Source: Mobula hypostoma (taxonomy: Eukaryota). Taken from it: 64,000 nucleotides of DNA. Shown piece after piece: positions 46,401-58,564 of this stretch (positions are counted from its first letter, which is position 1; every line of letters begins with the position of its first letter). The stretch is taken from positions 124,001-188,000 of the forward strand of contig NW_026948139.1 of assembly GCF_963921235.1 (NCBI RefSeq), in the 5' to 3' direction. The notes beneath the pieces are model-generated. The model worked only from the letters and a program-made list of their open reading frames with translations. It was not told the origin of the DNA and ran no database searches. The translations under genes were made by a program, and so were the position numbers.

Positions 46401-49400
46401 ACAAAATGGATCCCAATCTACGGGCAAAATATTAAACTGGACAAGAGATCCCTATCAAGGGGTAAAATATTAAACAGAACGAGAGATCCCGATCGAGTGG
46501 TAAAATATTAAACTGGACAATAGACTCAGATCGAGGGGTAAAATATTAAACAGGACGAGAGATCCCAATCTATGGGTAAAATATTAAACAGGACGAGAGA
46601 GACCCTGATCAAGCAGTAAAATATTAAACGGGATGAGAGATCCCGATCGAGTGGTAAAATATTAAACTGGACAATGGACTCAGATCGAGGGGTAAATATC
46701 AAACTAGTAAAAGGGATCCTGATTGAGGGGTACAATATTAAACCGAACAATGGACTCCAATCAAGAGGTAAATATTAAAGGGACAAGGGGGATCCGATCA
46801 AGGGGTAAAATATTAAACCGGAGAAAAGGGATCCTGATCAAGGGATAAAATATTAAATGGGACAATGGACTCGAATCGAGGGGTAAATATTAAAAGGGAC
46901 AAGGGGGCTCTGATGAGGCATAAAATATTAAACGGGATGACAGCAATCCCGATCAAGGGGTAAGATATTAAACGAGACAAGGACAAGGTTCAGAGGCTTA
47001 CTAGCCCATGGCAGAGGTCTAATCCCACCCTCAGGGCAGTGTGGGGCTGTTATTTGGTCCCAATGCCTTCCTACCACCCACAAGGTGGCACAGCCCAGTG
47101 CCACGAACCAGTTTCCCCCCCTGCCTCGCCACTGACCTCGTACTCGGACTTGGAGTCCTGCTCCGGCAGCTGGAAGAACACCTGGTAGGTCTGGAGGGAG
47201 ACCAGAAGCAGGAAGCAGGATCGCTTGCGTGAGACGGGTTTGTCACAGTGGAACGCCTGGAGACAGAGAGGGGGAAAGGAAGCAAGGTGGGGTGGGAGGT
47301 TGTGAGCAGACAGAAGGGTAGACCTTAAGATCAACATTATCTGGTCGCCACCCCAGCCCATGCTCACCCCCTCCACCCCCACCCGATTACCCTAGGCCCT
47401 ATGAGGAGCATCCCCTCACCCAAAACCAAGCCTAACACACCTGACCCCTCTCCCTCCTGCTCTACCCCCTTTGCCAAAGTATATTCCCTCTCTTCATCTC
47501 TCCCACACCTCCTCAGGCCTAAAAACCCCTTCCTGCTGTGCCTTGGCCCCCTTCTCTTGCCACGCCTTCAGTCAGGACTCCTGCCGCACCCCTTCACCCC
47601 ACCATCTGGTGCTGCATCTTTCTACTGTCCCTTCCCTTACCCCCCGGGCACCTCCTTCCCCCATTCCTTCCTCCCTGCTTCCCTCTCGTGTCCTCTCAAA
47701 CCATAAGCCCCCCTCCCCCATTCCCTCCCTGTGCAAGGGCCCACCCCTCACCTCCAAGAGGTGGTTCATCATCTCTGCCTGGCCGCTGCTGTGCCGGACG
47801 CAGCCCGACACCATCTCCACGACCACACCCAGGTGACCCTCGGCCAGGACATCCTCCACACTGGGCAGCAGCTCCCCACATATCTCCGAAAACTGCGGAA
47901 GAGTTGGCAGTCAGCCACTGGAAGAAGAAAGGGTGGGCCGAAAACAGCGGAGGGTTGGAGGCCACGCTGAGGAGGCGCGAGGGCAGGTTGGGAGGGGCAG
48001 GCAAGGATGCAGAGTGGGCCAAGGAACGGAGAAGGGGGAGGTGAGGAGGTAGAAGGGGTTGGGGAAAGAGGGGGCCGAGGGGTAGGGAGTTGAGTTCTCC
48101 ACCCCACCCCATTTGGATCTACTCACCAGAGAGGTGGGGGCCACTGCCAGAGCTCGCTGCACAGCAAAGTTGGCCATGGGGTGGAGGGCCAGCTCCTCCA
48201 GTCTGCCCTTCAGGTTCGAGGTGTAGAATTCGGTGAAGAGCTTGGCGTCCATCACTAGCACCACCGCCTCCAGCAGCCGACTGCCCGTCCTGTCCTTCAT
48301 GAATTCCAGGAGCGAGCTGGGAGAGCAAGGCAGGAGGCCATGAGAGGGGTAGGGAGGCTTCTGTGTACCCTCAGCCCTGTCCCCTCTGAACTGGGTACCA
48401 GGCCCATGCCTCAGTCCAACGCGACCACCACCACCCCCACGCCCAGCTCTCTCTCGTCCATTCCCAACCCAATTACTGTGCCCTTCCTAGCGACGTTCAC
48501 CCTTCCTCCGTTTCCCACCCTCCACTGCCCATGTCCCCTTCAACCCTCGCCATGTTTATCAAGGCCTCTCCGTATGGATCACGGCTTGACACAGCAACAG
48601 GTCTGCACATGACAAGAAACTGCAGAGAGTCATGGACACAGCTCAGCTCATCGCGTTAACCAGCCTCCCTCTTCACAGCTCCATCTACACTTCTTGCTGC
48701 CTCGGTAAAGCACCCGGCAGATTCCAGAGCCCTACCCACCCCAGACATTCTCTCCTCTCCCTGATATACAAAAGCCTGAAAGCACGTACCAGCAGGCTCA
48801 AGGAGAACTTCTACCCCCCACCCCATTCTAAGACTACTGAACTCCAGTACAGTAAGTTACACTCATGACCTCACAATCTACCCCGTTATGATCTGCCCAC
48901 ACACGATCTGTATTCCTCCACTCCCTATACACTCTTCAGTCTATCCAAATACCTCTTAAACCACCATCGGTCTGTTTCCACCAGTTGCCCTGGTAGGCCA
49001 TTCCAGGGACCCAATGCTCAATAAACTTTCCCTCAATGTCCCCTCGTATTTGGTGTCTGTGGTGGGAAAAAGACTGTCTACACTTAGCAACACACACAAA
49101 ATGCTGGGGAAACTCAACAAGTCGGGTAGCATGTATGGAGGGGAATAAAGGACATATCGGGCTGAACCGTCAACTGTTTATTTCCCCCCACAAGTGCTGC
49201 CTGACATGCCAAGTTCCTCCAGCATTCTGTGTGTGCTCCAGCCCTTGCAGAATCTCTCCTGTTACTGTCTACCCTCATTCTGCTTCTCGTGATGTTGGAA
49301 ACCTCGGACAGGGTCTCCTGTCAGCAGGAGAGGCCTCGAGACCAGTGTAGGTCACTCACATTGAACACCGGGGCAGACGAGGAGCCATGGCCCATTCCTG

Positions 49401-52400
49401 CTCCGGTTTCATTGTGTTCTTTCTTCTTCACAGAGTCTGCAACCCGCTCCAGCCCTGCCTCAGTCTCCCGTCTCCGCGGCCTCCTCGGTGCCACTCCGAG
49501 CCCTCACCCCCCGAGCACCCTGCCTTTCGGTGCTGGGCTCCTGGGCTCTGGAGCCCCCCAGAGTCCCTCCAGCAGACTTGCACTTTGTTTTCACTCTCAT
49601 TCTCGTGGGCAATTTGATGACCACAACACAGATCAGGGGACTCTGCTCTTTCCCATGCAAAAGGCAGGACCTCCCAGTGACTAACCAGTGCAATTCCACT
49701 TCCCATTCTGACATATCAGTCACGGCCATGATGAGACCAAACTCAGGATGGAGCAGGAACACCTGTCTGGGTAGCCTCCATGCTGATTGCATGAACATCG
49801 ATTTATCCAGCTTCTCTCCACCAACCCCCCCCCCAGTTACTATTCCCCATTCTGGTGACCTCTCGCCCCTCCTCTGCTCCTGCTATCATCTCCCTCTGGT
49901 TCCTTTCCTCTTTCCCTTTATTCCACGGTCCACTGTCCTCTCCTACCAAATTCCTCCTTCTTTAGTGCTTGACCTCTTCCACCTGTCCCACCCCAAACTT
50001 CTTTCTTCATCCTACCTCCCCACCCTGCCACAACCTTCCCCCTCACCTATTACCAACCAGCTTGTACTCCTTCCCGTCTTCCTACACTGGTTTCTGCCCC
50101 TTTACTCTTCCAAATGAAGGGTTTTGGCCCGAAATGTTGACTGTCTCTTCTTCTCCGTAGGTGCCACCCGACCTGCTGTGTGCGTTCTCCTCAAGATCTC
50201 CAGCATCGGCAGAATCTCGTGCTTCTAATCACAGTGGTAGTTTTATTTCATGCTTAGTTTTTCCCGATGTGGCAGATGGAATTTAAAGCAGACCAACTAT
50301 TGCACTTTGGGAGGACAAACCAAGCAAGTCTTCCACCAACAACAACAGGAATTCCGCAGATGCTGCAAATTCAAGCAACACACATCAAAGTTGCTGGTGA
50401 ACGCAGCAGGCCAGGCAGCGCCTCTAGGAAGAGGTACAGTCGACGTTTCAGGCCGAGACCCTTCGTCAGGACTAACACCGTCTTACGCCGTGAATGGCAG
50501 GGCATTGAGGAGTGCTGTAGAACAGAGGGATCTGGGAATACAGGTCCATAATTCATTGAAAGTGGTGTCACAGGTAGACAGGGTCGTAAAGAAAGCTTTT
50601 GGCACATTGACCTTCAAAAATCAGGGCACTGAATATAGGCATCTGGATTATATTTTGAAGTTGTACTGGAGGGGGAATATAGAATATTTTGTGCAGTTCT
50701 GGAAAGTTATCAATAAGCCTGAAGGAATTTATAAGGATGATGCCGGGACCTGAGGGCCTGAGTAATAGGGATGGTTGGATAGGCTGGACTTCATTCCTTG
50801 GAGCACAGGTGAACAAGGGGATCTTATGGAGGTATACAAACTGACCAGCAGGATAGGAAGAGTGAACGCACAGCCTTTCCCCCTCAGCTTGGGTGCAACT
50901 GGAACTTGTGCTCATAGGTTTAGGATGAAAGGTGAAATATTTAAGGAGAGGAAATCTCTTCACTCAGAGGGTGCTCCAAGTGTGGAACAGGTTGCCAGTG
51001 GGAGTGATCGATGTGGATTTAGTTGTAACATTTAAAGCAGCTTGGACAGGTCCATGGATGGGAAAGATTTGGAGGGGGATGGGAAGGGTGCAGGTCGATG
51101 GGACTGGGCAGGAGATTAGGTGGGTATTAACAGAAAGGGCCGAATGGCCACCTTGGATGCTCTAGTGCTGTATAGCTTTGTGTGCCTCCCCGACAATGAC
51201 TGTACAGAGAACAGGTTCTTACAGCCGGGGGTGGTAATGGGGACAAGCTCCCACTACCTATTAAATGCTCCCAACGGTGCGTGTCCCAAATAGCCTCTGA
51301 CAACCAGTCCAGCTCCTGGCCTTCACATGTGGCTTGGCCGCTAAGCTAGGCGGAACCGTTTCTACTGACAGGAGATGCGGCAAAAGGCAGTTTTCCAGCA
51401 CCTTAAAACCAGTCGCTTTGGGCAAATGGGGCTTGTCAGCTCATCTGGGAGGAGGAAAATTCTGATCTCAAACCTCCGCTGCCTTGTGGCGATACCAACC
51501 CATGGGGAAGGCTTCAGGAGTGAACCCCCAGGGGAAAGTCTGGAGCTGGAGTCCCTGAGGCAATCCTACATTGAGTTCAATGCTGACTGGCAACTCCTGC
51601 GACACTGCTGGTGCTAAAACCGTGCTGGCCTCTGCTGCTCCTCTGGGGTCATCAGCTGCGTGGAGCGGGCGAGCCTGCTCTCCATAGCGTGCTACCCTGG
51701 CTTGCGTATCACATAGACAACATATCTATGGTTCAGCCCAACCAACAGAGGCATCACAAAGAACCACAAGACAAAGGAGCAGAATTAGGCCGTTCAGCCA
51801 CACGAGTCTGCTCAACCATTCAATCGTAGCTGATTTATTATCCCTCTCAACCCCATTCTCCTGTCTTCTCCCTGTCACTTTTGACAGCCTAACTAATCAA
51901 AAACTTATTAATCTCCGCTTTAAATGTACTCAATGACTTGGTCTCCACAGCCGAATGCACCCTCTAGGTTAAAGAAATTTCTCCCCTTCTCTGTTCCAAA
52001 GGGACGTCCTTGTATTTTAAGTCTGTGCCCTCTTGTCCTAGACTCTCCCACTATGGGAAATATCTTTTCAAAGTGCACTCTATCTAAGCCTTTCAATATT
52101 CGATAGGTTTCAATGAGATTGCCCCTCATAAATACGTTCTGACCAGTGCCCGATAAATCCTCAGCAGTAGGTCATTGCTTCTATATTCTAGTCCTCTTAA
52201 AATGAATGCTAACGTTGCATTTGCCTTCCTTACCAACGACTCAATTTACAAAAGTTTACCTGCATTACGACTCCCAAGTCCCTTTGCACCTCTGATTTTT
52301 GAATTTGCTCTCCAATTAGAAGATAGTCTATGCCTTTATTTCTTCTCCCAAGGTGAATGACCTCCCCACACTGTATTCCATCTGCCACTTCTTTGCCCAT

Positions 52401-55400
52401 TCCTTAAGTCAGGCTAACTGGCCTATCACTTCCCGTCTTTTGCCTCCCTCCCTTTTTAAAGAGTGACCTCGGCAACTGTCCAGTCCTCTGGAAATGAAAT
52501 CTAGTGATTCTTGAAAGATCAGTTCTAATGTCTCCACAATCCCTTCAGCCACCTCTTTCAAATTCAAGCTTAAGCTTATTGTCACTCAACCATATCTACA
52601 TAAACCGCCGAACGCAATAACCTTCCCTGGACCAAGTGCACAACACCGTACGTATAAATCAAACACAAGATAATACTGCCACAAATAAATTAACAAATAA
52701 GGTGCACTTACGTCAGAAGTTAAAAAGTAAACAGTATAACTCCACTGGCTCCTCATACGTGATGAGACCTGGTGGCGGCAGGGAGTTCCGTCGTCTCCCT
52801 GCCTGGGGGAAGAAGCTGTTTCTCATTCTAACAGTCCCAGCGCCTCCTGTCTGATGGTGGAACCCTGGGGTGCAGTCCGTCCGATCTAGCAGACTTGTCT
52901 ATCTTTAGGCCTTTCAGCTTCGCAAGCACCTTCTCCTAAATAAACACTCACTTCCGCCGCCAACACTCTCAAATTCCTGGCACAGGCTGGTACAGCACGA
53001 GAACAGGATCTTCAGCACACCATGTCATGGTGAACTAATTACATTAAAGGGTTAACTAGGCGCTTCTGCCCACACAATGTTCCTATCCATCCATTCCCTG
53101 TCAAAGAACCACACAAATACCTCTATCGTATCTGCCTCCACCACCACCCAAGGCTCACACCGCTTGCCCTGCCCATCTCTTTTGAATAATCCCCCTCTCA
53201 CTTCAAATGCATGCCCTCATATATTAGATATTTCAGCCCGGGATGGGGTTGGGGGGCGGGGGGTGGGAGGAGATACCAACTGTCTACTCTATCTACACCT
53301 CTAATAATCGTATAAATGTCTATCAGGTCTCCCCTCAGCCTTTGACGTTCCAGGGAAAACAACCCACGTTTGTCCAACCTCTCCTTACAGCTCCCGTCCT
53401 CCCGTCCGGTGATTTGCTGCTGTATCCTCTCCACACCCTTCCTGTAAAGGGCCGACCAGACCCCAACACAATCCTCTAGTTGTAGCAGGGGGCGCAGACT
53501 GAAGGTGAGAGGGGACCCGAGGGGCAAGCTTCTCCCCCACAGTGGGTATGTGGAATGAGCTGTCGGAGGTCAACAGCAACACCACTGGCTCCCTCACACA
53601 GAGTGGGTGGGGGCACTGAAGTCAACTGTAACCTCACCCCCCGCTATAAACCGAGATGTGCCTGCACGTGCTGGTGCACAGTGTGTACACGTTGGCACGG
53701 TGCACGCCTGTGGCCATAAACGGAGATGTGCCTGCACGCGCTCGTGCACAGTGTGTACACATTGGCACGGTGCACGCCTGTGGCCATAAACGGAGATGTG
53801 CCTGCACGTGCTGGTGCACAGTGTGTACACGTTGGCACGGTGCACGCCTGTGGCCATAAACCGAGATGTGCCTGCACGTGCTGGTGCACAGTGTGTACAC
53901 GTTGGCACGGTGCACGCCTGTGGCCATAAACGGAGATGTGCCTGCACGCGCTCGTGCACAGTGTGTACACATTGGCACGGTGCATGCCTGTGGCCATAAA
54001 CGGAGATGTGCCTGCACGTGCTGGTGCACAGTGTGTACACGTTGGCACGGTGCACGCCTGTGGCCATAAACCGAGATGTGCCTGCACGCGCTCGTGCACA
54101 GTGTGTACATGTTGGCACGGTGCACGCCTGTGGCCATAAACGGAGACGTGCCTGCACGTGCTCGTGCACAGTGTGTACACGTTGGCACGGTGCACGCCTG
54201 TGTCTATAAACGGAGACGTGCCTGCACGCGCTCGTGCACAGTGTGTACACGTTGGCACGGTGCACGCCTGTGGCCATAAACGGAGACGTGCCTGCACGCG
54301 CTCGTGCACAGTGTGTACACGTTGGCACGGTGCACGCCTGTGGCCATAAACGGAGACGTGCCTGCACGCGCTCGTGCACAGTGTGTACACGTTGGCACAG
54401 TGCACGCCTGTGGCCACCGGCGTGGTCGTGCTCTCCGAGGATGGCAGGACACAGACACCATCAACAGGCCTCACGTGCCTGAGCGCGCGAGTCACATGGA
54501 ACCGTGAGACAGACTACGGCCAGGGCAGGGGAAGCGGAGACGGCGGGAGACGAGGGTTACCTGTTCTGCCCATCCTGGCTTGGCTCCCCGAGGGACTTGA
54601 GAATGGCTGAACACAGCTCCTGAGCCACGTCCGGCAGCCTCCGCCCCAGGACGCGGGCCGCCACCTGCAGCACCGCGCTGGCCGTGGGGTTGGTCAGGAA
54701 CTCTGTGGAGAGATGAGGAGGGTGAGAGAGGCAACCTCTGCAGATCGTCCCTTCCCTCGCTGGCCCCCTCGAACCTCGCAGTGGCGAGGGACCTCACCTG
54801 TCATGTTGTCTGCCAGCAGCTGGGCGTAGTCACGCAGCTCGTCCAGGAACCCTTCCGGGACGCTGAACTCCTTCACCTGTCCGGCACGGAGGTCCAACCC
54901 TCTGTCGAGGTCAAAGCCTGTCGGAGAGGGGCAGAGCAGGTCACAGGCCGTAGGCGTGTATGAACGGACGGACCGTGGGAGCAGGAGGAGGAGGGAGGAC
55001 TGGACTGGAACGTTATCAGGGATCAGATGATTTTATACAGGTCGACCTTCACTAATCCGGCACCATTGGGACCTGAGGAGTGCCCGATTAGTGAAAATGC
55101 CGAATTACAGAAGGATCACATTAAGCATAATCAGTGCCAGATTAACAAAGGAACCGAATTACAGGTAGTCGGATTAGTGAAGGTCGACTGTACTAAATAC
55201 GGAATCAGGAATGAGTGAAACGCTGGATTTAAACCAGGGATTCCAGCAGTTTATATAATGCCTGGGTGTCAGCCACAGGTTGGAATCAAACCCTGAAGTC
55301 CGGGGTGTTCATCTGGAATATTGCATTCCCGGAAGTGGGTTACAGGCTGGGATCTAACCCTGAGGTTTGTGGGGGGTGGTGTTCATTTGGAATACTGGAT

Positions 55401-57428
55401 TCCCGGAAACCCGGTTACAGGTTGGGATCCAATCCTGAGGCTTGGCTTGGGGGGGGCGGGGGTGCAGGAGACAGCGTTCATTTGGAATATTGGATTCCCA
55501 GAAGTGAGTTACAGGCTAGAATCTAATTCAAGGATTCAGGAGGTTTACATATAGAATAAGTGACTCTCAAGAGTGAGTGAAATCCAATCCAGAGGTTCAG
55601 AGTTCAAAGAACATTCACTAACAAAGTACAGCCTGATATTCACTTCCTTACAGACAGCCACAAAACAAGAAATCCGAAAGAACCCATAAATTAAAGACCC
55701 CGACAAACACCCAAGGGGGAGGGGAGGGGGAAAACAAACAATAGACGGTAAATGACCTACAGAGTAAAAGTGAGTCCTCCGACACGAAGCCTGGAGCAGG
55801 AACACAGCCTCAGACTCAGAGCAGAGTAAAGCTAACAGAGCAGCAAGCAGAACCGGTCCTGACACATGGCCATTCCAATCCATCCGGCCCAGCGTTTCTA
55901 TCATCCATACGTCAGTCGTTCCTCGCACCAGGACCCAGGCCACGTAGCATCGATACGCTCAGAACCTGGACAACGCCTCCATGTTCCGGCCCATACCCGA
56001 GCTTTCCAAACCGGCCCAGCGCTTAGATTGACCAAACCTCACTCTGGATTTCCTCCGTCTCCTGCACGCCTCAGTGCCCCCCCCTTCCCACTCCATCTCA
56101 CACCCATGTACCTCAACTCTTGACTCAGCCTCCTCTTCACATGCCTCTTCACCGTTCACAGTGACAGTTTACCATAATGGTTTTTTTTAAAAACAGAAAA
56201 AGCATTGTAAATATTTCTTGCTCTGGGAACCACGAGTAAGTTGTCACCTGAAATGTTTGGAATGAGATCCCCAGTTCTGAGTTACAGGCTGGGATCTAAC
56301 CCAAGGGCTCAGCGTTTTTACGTCGAGGATGACAGATCCCTGTGAGTGAGTTACAGGCTGGTATCCAAGCTACAGTCTCAGGGATTGATAACTGAAATGC
56401 AATATTCTTGGGAGTGGGTTGCAATCCAGAGAGGTTGTGATGTGGAGAACATTTGAGTGGTTGTCCCACCGGATGGTGCGAAAGTGCTAGACTCACCCTT
56501 GGGTGTGTCCTTGTGGGTACTCCTCCGCAGTTTGCTGGCACAGGGCACCACTCCCCCCAGCACCTGCAAGAGATCCCGCACGAAGAGATTGCCCTGCGCG
56601 TCCCTCACGTATTTCAGGAGGTCGCTGCGCACACAACTGCTCAGCTGCCGGACCTGCCCCTCCAGGGTTCTGCCCTCGCCCCCTTCTTCCTCCTCGCCCT
56701 CTGCGTCGTCATCGTCCTCCTCCTCCTCCTCCTCCTCCTCGCCCTGCTCCTGCAGGTTGCTGGCGAGCTGGGTCACCTGCAGGAGGGCCGCCTGCATCAC
56801 GCGGGCCCCACACCGGTGGCTGGCCACGAGCCACAGGTGGGGCTGGAGGGCGGCGAGGAAGCGTCGCAGGGCAGGAACGTCGCACTGGTCCACCAGCCGC
56901 ACCAGGAAGATGCTGCCGTCGGGGTTGGTGCAGACCCGCACCTCCCTGCCCTTGATCTCTGTCAGCACGTTGGAGAGGAACAGCCCTGGCCGGGGAGAGA
57001 GGAGGAAGAGGATGGTTAGCAAGTCCGAGGCCACAGTTCCACCACCCATTCCCTCCTCTCCCCTCCCCAGCCCACCACTCACTCCGTCCTCCCACCCCTC
57101 CCACTATCGGCCTTCAATCCCCCTCTGGCGTCACATTCTGTCCGATTCTCCCCTCCCCCCCAGGTGACACTGACGCCAGTCCCTCACTCTTTTCCTCCTT
57201 GTCCGGAAAGCCGTTCATCAGCGTGGGCATCAGCTGCTGACAGTAGACAAGGACGCCACGGACTGAGTGGTGAGGAGTATCGTTCTCCTCCACCACGCTG
57301 CCCAGTTCCCCGATCGGTCCGCCACCGGAAATCGATCCGCTCCCACGTCGGTTCCTCCGCTGTCTCTGTCGGGTGCGGCGGTCATATTGGTAAGGGCGGC
57401 GGCGATGCTTCGCCCCTGCGGCGGCCAT
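43222..57428 (-). CDS. NOP9: Nucleolar protein 9 (Pumilio-repeat 18S rRNA processing factor), 10 coding exons, 653 aa
   Basis: complement(join(57188-57428,56497-56985,54798-54917,54561-54702,48127-48316,47752-47892,47137-47256,46072-46302,44021-44126,43222-43403)) = 1962 nt. All introns are GT-AG with consistent phases; PUF-like motifs ASHRCG, DRTGSRLLE, HPMANF, NPAGSHV and LACSKHGSRV are present. Confidence 0.95.
44021..44126 (-). CDS. NOP9: NOP9 exon 9
   Basis: GHFFQLACSKHGSRVFDQIWLFAPLEMRRSIAQEL. Confidence 0.96.
45362..46069. repeat. Irregular 50-62-bp minisatellite abutting the NOP9 exon 8 donor
   Basis: Recurrent gttcgttctctcacagagacacacgtacacacgc...ccctgctggctccct. Confidence 0.92.
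46072..46302 (-). CDS. NOP9: NOP9 exon 8
   Basis: PSGVARLKLVNYHGTLLAQHLLNF...LACNPAGSHVFDSL...KKAVLRKFT. Confidence 0.95.
46410..46980. repeat. Degenerate AT-rich minisatellite of about 37 bp (core ggtaaaatattaaac), about 15 copies
   Basis: The core recurs with a regular period. Confidence 0.9.
47137..47256 (-). CDS. NOP9: NOP9 exon 7
   Basis: AFHCDKPVSRKRSCFLLLVSLQTYQVFF (human AFHCAEPSSRQVAC). Confidence 0.95.
47752..47892 (-). CDS. NOP9: NOP9 exon 6
   Basis: FSEICGELLPSVEDVLAEGHLGVV...NHLLE. Confidence 0.95.
48127..48316 (-). CDS. NOP9: NOP9 exon 5
   Basis: SLLEFMKDRTGSRLLEAV...LALHPMANFAVQRAL. Confidence 0.96.
49590..50222 (+). mobile_element. Degenerate Penelope-like 3' end (GIY-YIG C-terminus plus pLTR); a short foldback copy lies at about 49085-49265
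   Basis: KRQDLPVTNQCNSTSHSDIS...LGSLHADCMNID, homologous to 18475-18660. Confidence 0.75.
50270..51175 (+). mobile_element. CR1 remnant with an inserted Penelope pLTR fragment (about 50340-50476)
   Basis: WQMEF..LHFGRTN is interrupted and resumes as VNGRALRSAVEQRDLG. Confidence 0.8.
50438..50473 (-). ncRNA. Minimal hammerhead ribozyme motif (intact copy)
   Basis: Minus strand: AGUC CUGACGA agggucucggccu GAAAC GUC GACU. Confidence 0.7.
51760..52560 (-). mobile_element. CR1 remnant
   Basis: MRGNLIETYRILKGLDRV...TRGHRLKI. Confidence 0.8.
53645..54416. repeat. 70-bp minisatellite, 11 copies, palindrome-rich
   Basis: ataaacggagatgtgcctgcacgtgctggtgcacagtgtgtacacgttggcacggtgcacgcctgtggcc; ORF starts recur every 70 nt. 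Confidence 0.97.
54561..54702 (-). CDS. NOP9: NOP9 exon 4
   Basis: EFLTNPTASAVLQVAARVLGRRLPDVAQELCSAIL (human VFITDKISSFCLQVALQVLHRKLP). Confidence 0.93.
54798..54917 (-). CDS. NOP9: NOP9 exon 3
   Basis: FDLDRGLDLRAGQVKEFSVPEGFLDELRDY (human DFEVPETFLNRLQDL). Confidence 0.92.
55038..55190. mobile_element. Tc1/mariner-pogo type MITE
   Basis: TIRs caggtcgaccttcactaatccg / cggattagtgaaggtcgactg, flanked by TA on both sides. Confidence 0.85.
56497..56985 (-). CDS. NOP9: NOP9 exon 2 (includes the acidic tract)
   Basis: LFLSNVLTEI...VASHRCGARVMQAALLQ...EEEEEEEEDDDD...FVRDLLQVLGG. Confidence 0.96.
57188..57428 (-). CDS. NOP9: NOP9 proximal exon 1
   Basis: aagATGGcc start, basic N-terminus, ...YCQQLMPTLMNGFPDKEEK, phase-1 donor A|gtgagg; a further in-frame ATG lies at 57506. 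Confidence 0.8.
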
Positions 57429-57655
57429 CTTGTTAAGGGCAGCGGCAATGCGTTCCTCCCTGCTGCGGCCATCGCGGTAAGAGGAGACAGGGAGCGCGTG
57501 CGCCATGCCTGACCAGCGTCCATCTTGGGAAGGTAAGACCGGCGTGGACAGAGTGGGAAATGCCCACCTTGGGAAGGCAGCTCCTGTGTGAATGGAGAAG
57601 ACACTATCTTGGTAAAGGATGTTTGGGATTGATAGGATTTTTAAAGTGCTTTGCC
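57420..57655 (-). promoter_or_regulatory. NOP9 proximal promoter copy (YY1 and NRF1-like motifs)
   Basis: gccatctt near 57424, gcgcgtgcgc at 57494-57503, ccatcttg near 57520; CpG-rich. Confidence 0.6.
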
Positions 57656-58455
57656 TGTCCCTCCCCTCGCTCCCTCCTCCAGCTCATCCCTCCCTCACTC
57701 CCTCCTCCAGTTCCCTGTCCGTCCCCTCGCTCCCTCCTCCAGCCCCCCCGTCTCTCACCTTGCTCCCTCCCCACTACCCTCCCCTCACTCCCTCCTCCCT
57801 CCCCTTCTGCTTCCCTGCACTCACTCCAACCCCACTCCTTTCCCAACCTACACCAGCTCACTCTCTCCCACAGCTTCTTCCATAGTCACAGTCATACTTT
57901 ATTCATCCCGGGGGAAATTGGTCCACCAGGCCATCAGACTGCTTAATTCATCAGGCACAGCCGTATTTCTATGTTATATTGACTATCCTGCAGTACGTAA
58001 TATTTAGTATAAATTATTATAGTTGCACCTGCACATTTGAACAGGTAAGGTAAAGATTTTACTCCTCGTGTACATGAAGGATGTAAATAATAGTCAATTC
58101 AATTCCCCTTCACACTCCTCCTCCGGCCCCTTCCACTCTCTCCCCAAACATTCCTCCTTGTTACTCCTCTTCCTCCACCCTCAACTACAACCCTTCACTC
58201 ATCTACCTCTCCCGAATGATTGCCTAATCGCTTTGCCTCTCCTCCCCTCGCAATGCCCCCAGCCCACTCCCTCTCCCTTCCCTCACTCCCCTCAATCCCT
58301 ACCCCCTCACTCCCCCAGCCCTTCTGCCCCCCCTCCCCCATTACCCCGTCGCGCTCCCCTCTCCCCTCACTCGCTCCCTCTCCCCGCCTCCTTCCTTCAC
58401 TCCCATTTTCCCTCCCCCTCTGCCCCCGGGGGCACGGAGGCCGGCTTCTCCTCAC

Positions 58456-58564
58456 CCTTCTCCTCCTTGTCCGGGAAGCCGTACATCACCCTGGGCATCA
58501 GCTGCCGACCGTAGCCGAAGTTGTCGCGGTCCGAGCGGCCGGAAGCCGCGCTCCGCTCCGCCAT
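58456..58564 (-). CDS. NOP9: NOP9 distal (duplicated) alternative exon 1
   Basis: aacATGGcg Kozak; MAERSAASGRSDRDNFGYGRQLMPRVMYGFPDKEEK; phase-1 donor G|gtgagg compatible with exon 2. Confidence 0.6.

Noticed and set aside
46410-46980. CRISPR-like array (constant core with variable spacers)
   Set aside because: The spacers are related to one another, the context is a vertebrate intron, and no cas genes are present.
43404-57187. Intronic snoRNAs in NOP9
   Set aside because: No convincing C/D or H/ACA box pair with a terminal stem was seen by eye; a covariance-model search would be needed to exclude them.
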